Under the pieces are notes generated by a model. The model saw only the letters and a program-made list of their open reading frames with translations, made no database searches and had not been told where the DNA came from. From Paragordius varius (lineage: Eukaryota > Animalia > Nematomorpha): a stretch of DNA of 64,000 nt. The first letter of the stretch is position 1, and each line of letters opens with the position of its first letter. The position numbers were made by a program, and so were the translations under genes. The DNA lies in contig OZ176052.1 in assembly GCA_964247055.1 (NCBI GenBank), positions 11,346,001 to 11,410,000 on the forward strand, given 5' to 3'. Positions 60,401 through 64,000 of the stretch are shown piece by piece.

Positions 60401-63400
60401 CGTTTAGAACTGTCAGAGTCATTGTAATAAATAGATTTTGTGAGATTCGAAAAATCGTCAATGACACTGTTTAAACGAAAGAAATTAATTGCAGGTTGGT
60501 TTTGAATTGCATTGATAAAGAGAGATCGAGTGTCTTCGAGATAACTAAGTAACAATTGATTTACTAAAATGCGCTCAATGTAGAAAATTGAAGAATATAA
60601 ATTTTAAATAAAAGCCTATAAAAATGAAAAAAATGATAAAAATACTAAAACTAAGATTAATATAAACTTTTTATGGATTAATAATGACTGAGTATATTAA
60701 GGACATTTATGTTGCAATTATCGGATTTTAAATTTGTTTTATCAGCTTCTAGGCAGAGTCACTGTTTTAATTATTAAACAATTGCAACTTAATATAAAAA
60801 AAATTAGATATTAACCCATATTTTACAAAAAAATAGTGAATTATAACTTTCTAGTAAAAAATGCCACAGTCAATCTGGGTAACCAAAACACAGCTTGAAT
60901 TATTGTTAATACAATTAGGCTTCCCAAATGCCGAACATTTCTCAAGGATATCATAAAGAGTGAAGGTAGTGATATTTGTTTCTGTACTAATTTCCTATAA
61001 CAAGGTAAAAACTTTATAAATATTTTAGATATAAAACACTACACTACAAAAATATAATTTGTAAGTACCTACCTATCAAAATAGAATTGGGAAACGCATT
61101 GGCTATAGACTAAGGCTTGCATATTTAAATTAATTGCCGGTAAAATAATCAATATCATAAGGTAACAATACATGGTGGATAAGATATAAAGTATGCGATA
61201 AGCAAAGTGGAATGTTATAAAACCCGTAGATGAACTAATCGATGGAATGTCTATCATAAATATAGTTTGATGCTTAAAATAAGGTAAAAAATGGTAAAAT
61301 TAAAAATTATATTAGATAATATTTATATTTTTTTATATAAACAATATATAATGAAGATTTTCATTCAAAAAAGTAATATTTTCTCTAATAGATAAGAGCT
61401 TTTTTTTCATTTATATTTCAAATCTCATTTCAATTATTTTTTAAAAAAATTTAAACATTTTAACCAAATACAATGAGATATTATAGTCAAATTTTTATTT
61501 GCAAGATTCATAAGCGATTGTATAAAAAATCCAAAATACAAAAAGTTTTATTTAATTTTTAAGTAATTTTAAATTCTTTAGCTTTTTTAACGCTTAAACG
61601 ATGAAAACATAATGCAATTTAGAGTCCTAAAAAATAAAATTTAGATAAAATAATTGGAAAAACTCTCTACCTGACGTTAATAAATTAGCAGGGACCAATA
61701 TAAGTAAGACATAATAGCATAGCATTTGAAGGATAAACATAGCACTAGAGAATACCCAAACATAGCTTAAAGCACCAAGATATATTTTACAAGCGCCAAT
61801 CAACATAAAAGCTTCACGGAATTGAGGGAACATTTGAACAAAGCTTATTGTAACAAACAACTAAAAATTGTAGTAAAAACTAATTATTTATCATAGATTA
61901 ATGATTTATACTAAAATTAGTCCAAAATATTTAAACAAAATAAGATAATAAGCATGATTCAACACTTGGCAAATATGATAATTAACGTATATATGGCAAA
62001 ATTTAGATTCGAAAGAAATTATTTTACAGATGAATATTTTTTACATAAAAATTAAGCGTTATATCTACATTGGCTACAAAACCAGCATTTATAAAACATA
62101 AAAACTTTAACTATCTATTTATAATTAAAATTTATATATATATATATATATATATGCATACCGATGTAGCTAAAACCAACATAACCAGGAAACATAAAAT
62201 GTAAAAATTGATTTTATCCTGATGAGTTGCCAGGCCAAGTGTAATACTTTTAAGTATGAGTGCATGTTGACAAGCTAATGTCCATATAGAGTACACCCCA
62301 AAAACTAAAATATATAACACGTTAATAAAAGTTGATACTTCAAAATAAATTTTATTTAAAATTAGACTATACTGTATATGACAGGCAATGCAAAAGCTGT
62401 CATAAACCATAAAAGGCATTCATGATTGGGACCTGTGCGTTTCAAAAGACCCAAAAAAACGTGAAGCAGTACTATTTATAAGCAATATATAAAATTTTTA
62501 AAAAATGTAATCATTTACTGATTAATATTCACTAATCTTAAAAATACATTAAATAAACAATTTGGAGTAGAACCAATAACCCTACTGTTAAACATTTGTG
62601 TGATTTAACCCAAACAAATTCACACAATCATCAAAAAAGTCAACAAAGTTTACCAAAAACTAAGCAAGGTATTATTAACAAAGCCCATTTATTATGCAAT
62701 AAGTCGACGGTCAGCCATTTGAGTTGGATCAAAAAGTTTGGAGTTTTTGGAGTTGGGTTAAAAACTTCATTCATAATAGGATTATTATTAATATTATTAT
62801 CCATATCAATATTATCGACATATCTATTATGTAATTCATTTTCCATAGAATTAACGTGTAATTGGGTTACCCTGGTAAAATTGTTAACGTATGGAATGCA
62901 GTATCGCCCATATGCTATGCTAAATTTAACATATTTTATATGTGATATTTATAAAAATATAAAATACCATAAACAAAAATTTGACAAATAGATATAGGCA
63001 AAATTAGTTTATTTGCATAAAAAAAAGTCTTTTCTTTAATTATGTTAGATTGAAAATTTTATTAAAGAACAGAGTATATTTAATATATTATATATAAAAA
63101 CTAAGCCAATTTGAAAGTTTTATCTAGGCTCTGTTGCAACAAATAAATATCCGAAAATATAAAATTATTTTTTTATATAAAACATGAAATTGGGATTTCA
63201 GAAATTATCTATTATTATAACGCTATAATTTAAAATTTATTTTATTTGTTTGTATTGAACAAAAAAGTCTGTTCCATCTTAACCTTTCAAAATTTTAGTT
63301 TACCATAAAGTCTTTGGATTTACATACGAATTCAGTGAAAATAAATTTGTTTCAAAATTATTAAAAAAATTTGATGAATAAATTCCCGTAAATCATTATA

Positions 63401-64000
63401 AAATAAATTTTCTTGTTTTAACATATTAATAAAATTAAAACATACGTGGCAAACACGGGTAGGCTAGGACAAGGGCCAACACTTGTGAAAAAATATTTTT
63501 GTTCTGAACTTTTGTAAAATGGGATGGTATAATCAAAATTCATTTTCAGGATATAATTGTTTTCCTAATATACATTGTTCCAAAAAATCAAATTTATAGA
63601 AAGTGCAGCCATTAATTAAATAAAAAATACAAGGGTTTTGGTAAAAAATGTAGTTCATACCATCACAATAGGATCACATAATTGTGAATGCTTTATTTTT
63701 ATCCATTTAAATATTTCTGTGGCAGAATTGAGATTGATATTCGGGCATTGTTGAACGCAAATGGTTCGACTATAAAAAGGCAAAAACCCCATTGTGAATA
63801 AATATCTGCGTAAAATTGAAATATCATATACCTTTTGTCAAGAGCTGATTTCGCATCATATATAATACTTTGTTTTTTGGAACCGCATATAACGCCTAAA
63901 CTATCCACCGGGTTTATAATGCGCTCCTTGGTACCGGTTAAGAAACTATGAATACATATGTAAAACTATTTATTAATATGTATAAAACTAATGCGCTAAG
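57417..64000 (-). CDS. Choline transporter-like protein (SLC44/CTL family), multi-exon; 5' end beyond the window
   Basis: Collinear CTL hallmarks: RIINPVDSLGVICG (cf. YPTDSRGxFCG), DLLHNKWALL, ANLLTSG (cf. LYLATSG), CVSQFYFDR, AHQKCGYFKAVKNS (cf. AIYGKNFCTSARNA), TVNTILYCVCED (cf. VDTLFLCFLED). Multiple transmembrane stretches; stop at 57417-57419. Confidence 0.75.
57905..59030 (-). mobile_element. Decayed Mos1-like mariner inside the SLC44 intron 57690-59201
   Basis: TIRs GTGTATTCATAAGTTTTTACCGGTTT and GTGTTTTCATAAGTTTTAGCCGGTTT (reverse complement). Relics include GKLGKWVLH, GDGKWLYFVNLKRK (Mos1 GDEKWIFFVNPKRK), GKKTI, ILLHDNVSSH, DTLKSL and FSQMEHTLAEHF. Homologous to 21222-22822. Confidence 0.88.

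Noticed and set aside
59701-62846. TRC8/RNF139-like or dolichol-kinase identity for the membrane protein
   Set aside because: Only short chance matches and no RING or kinase motif. DSLGVICG and TILYCVCED fit SLC44/CTL collinearly.
1-64000. rRNA, snRNA, SL RNA or histone stem-loop genes
   Set aside because: No recognisable conserved motifs were seen by eye; an Infernal/Rfam scan would be needed to exclude divergent ones.

Overview
This is eukaryotic (animal-like) genomic DNA, very AT-rich, with spliceosomal genes; it is not prokaryotic and has no CRISPR array. Genes reconstructed by eye: a large NUP205-like gene (minus, runs off the left edge); two head-to-head serpins; a heparanase (GH79); two CE4 chitin-deacetylase-like units that may be one gene; a Rap1/TERF2IP-type Myb gene between them on the opposite strand; DNAJC21; VPS50; VPS45; RPB5/POLR2E; and an SLC44/CTL choline-transporter-like gene (minus, runs off the right edge). 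Mobile and repeated DNA: two decayed Mos1-like mariners, a non-autonomous Helitron with canonical ends, two families of TTAA-flanked piggyBac-type MITEs, a hAT-type MITE, a gypsy integrase relic, a 1-kb foldback palindrome, a tRNA-like Pol III element and a 2.6-kb 20-21-nt satellite. Most notable: (1) at least 14 GT-AG introns of only 21-28 nt in housekeeping genes, alongside TE-inflated kb-size introns; (2) a phase-compatible splice that would join an intact and a catalytically degenerate deacetylase domain into one ~1320-aa protein hosting a nested antisense Rap1-Myb gene; (3) filled and empty versions of the same TTAA MITE site within the window. All protein identities come from remembered family motifs, not database searches. 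The organism cannot be named from the sequence.
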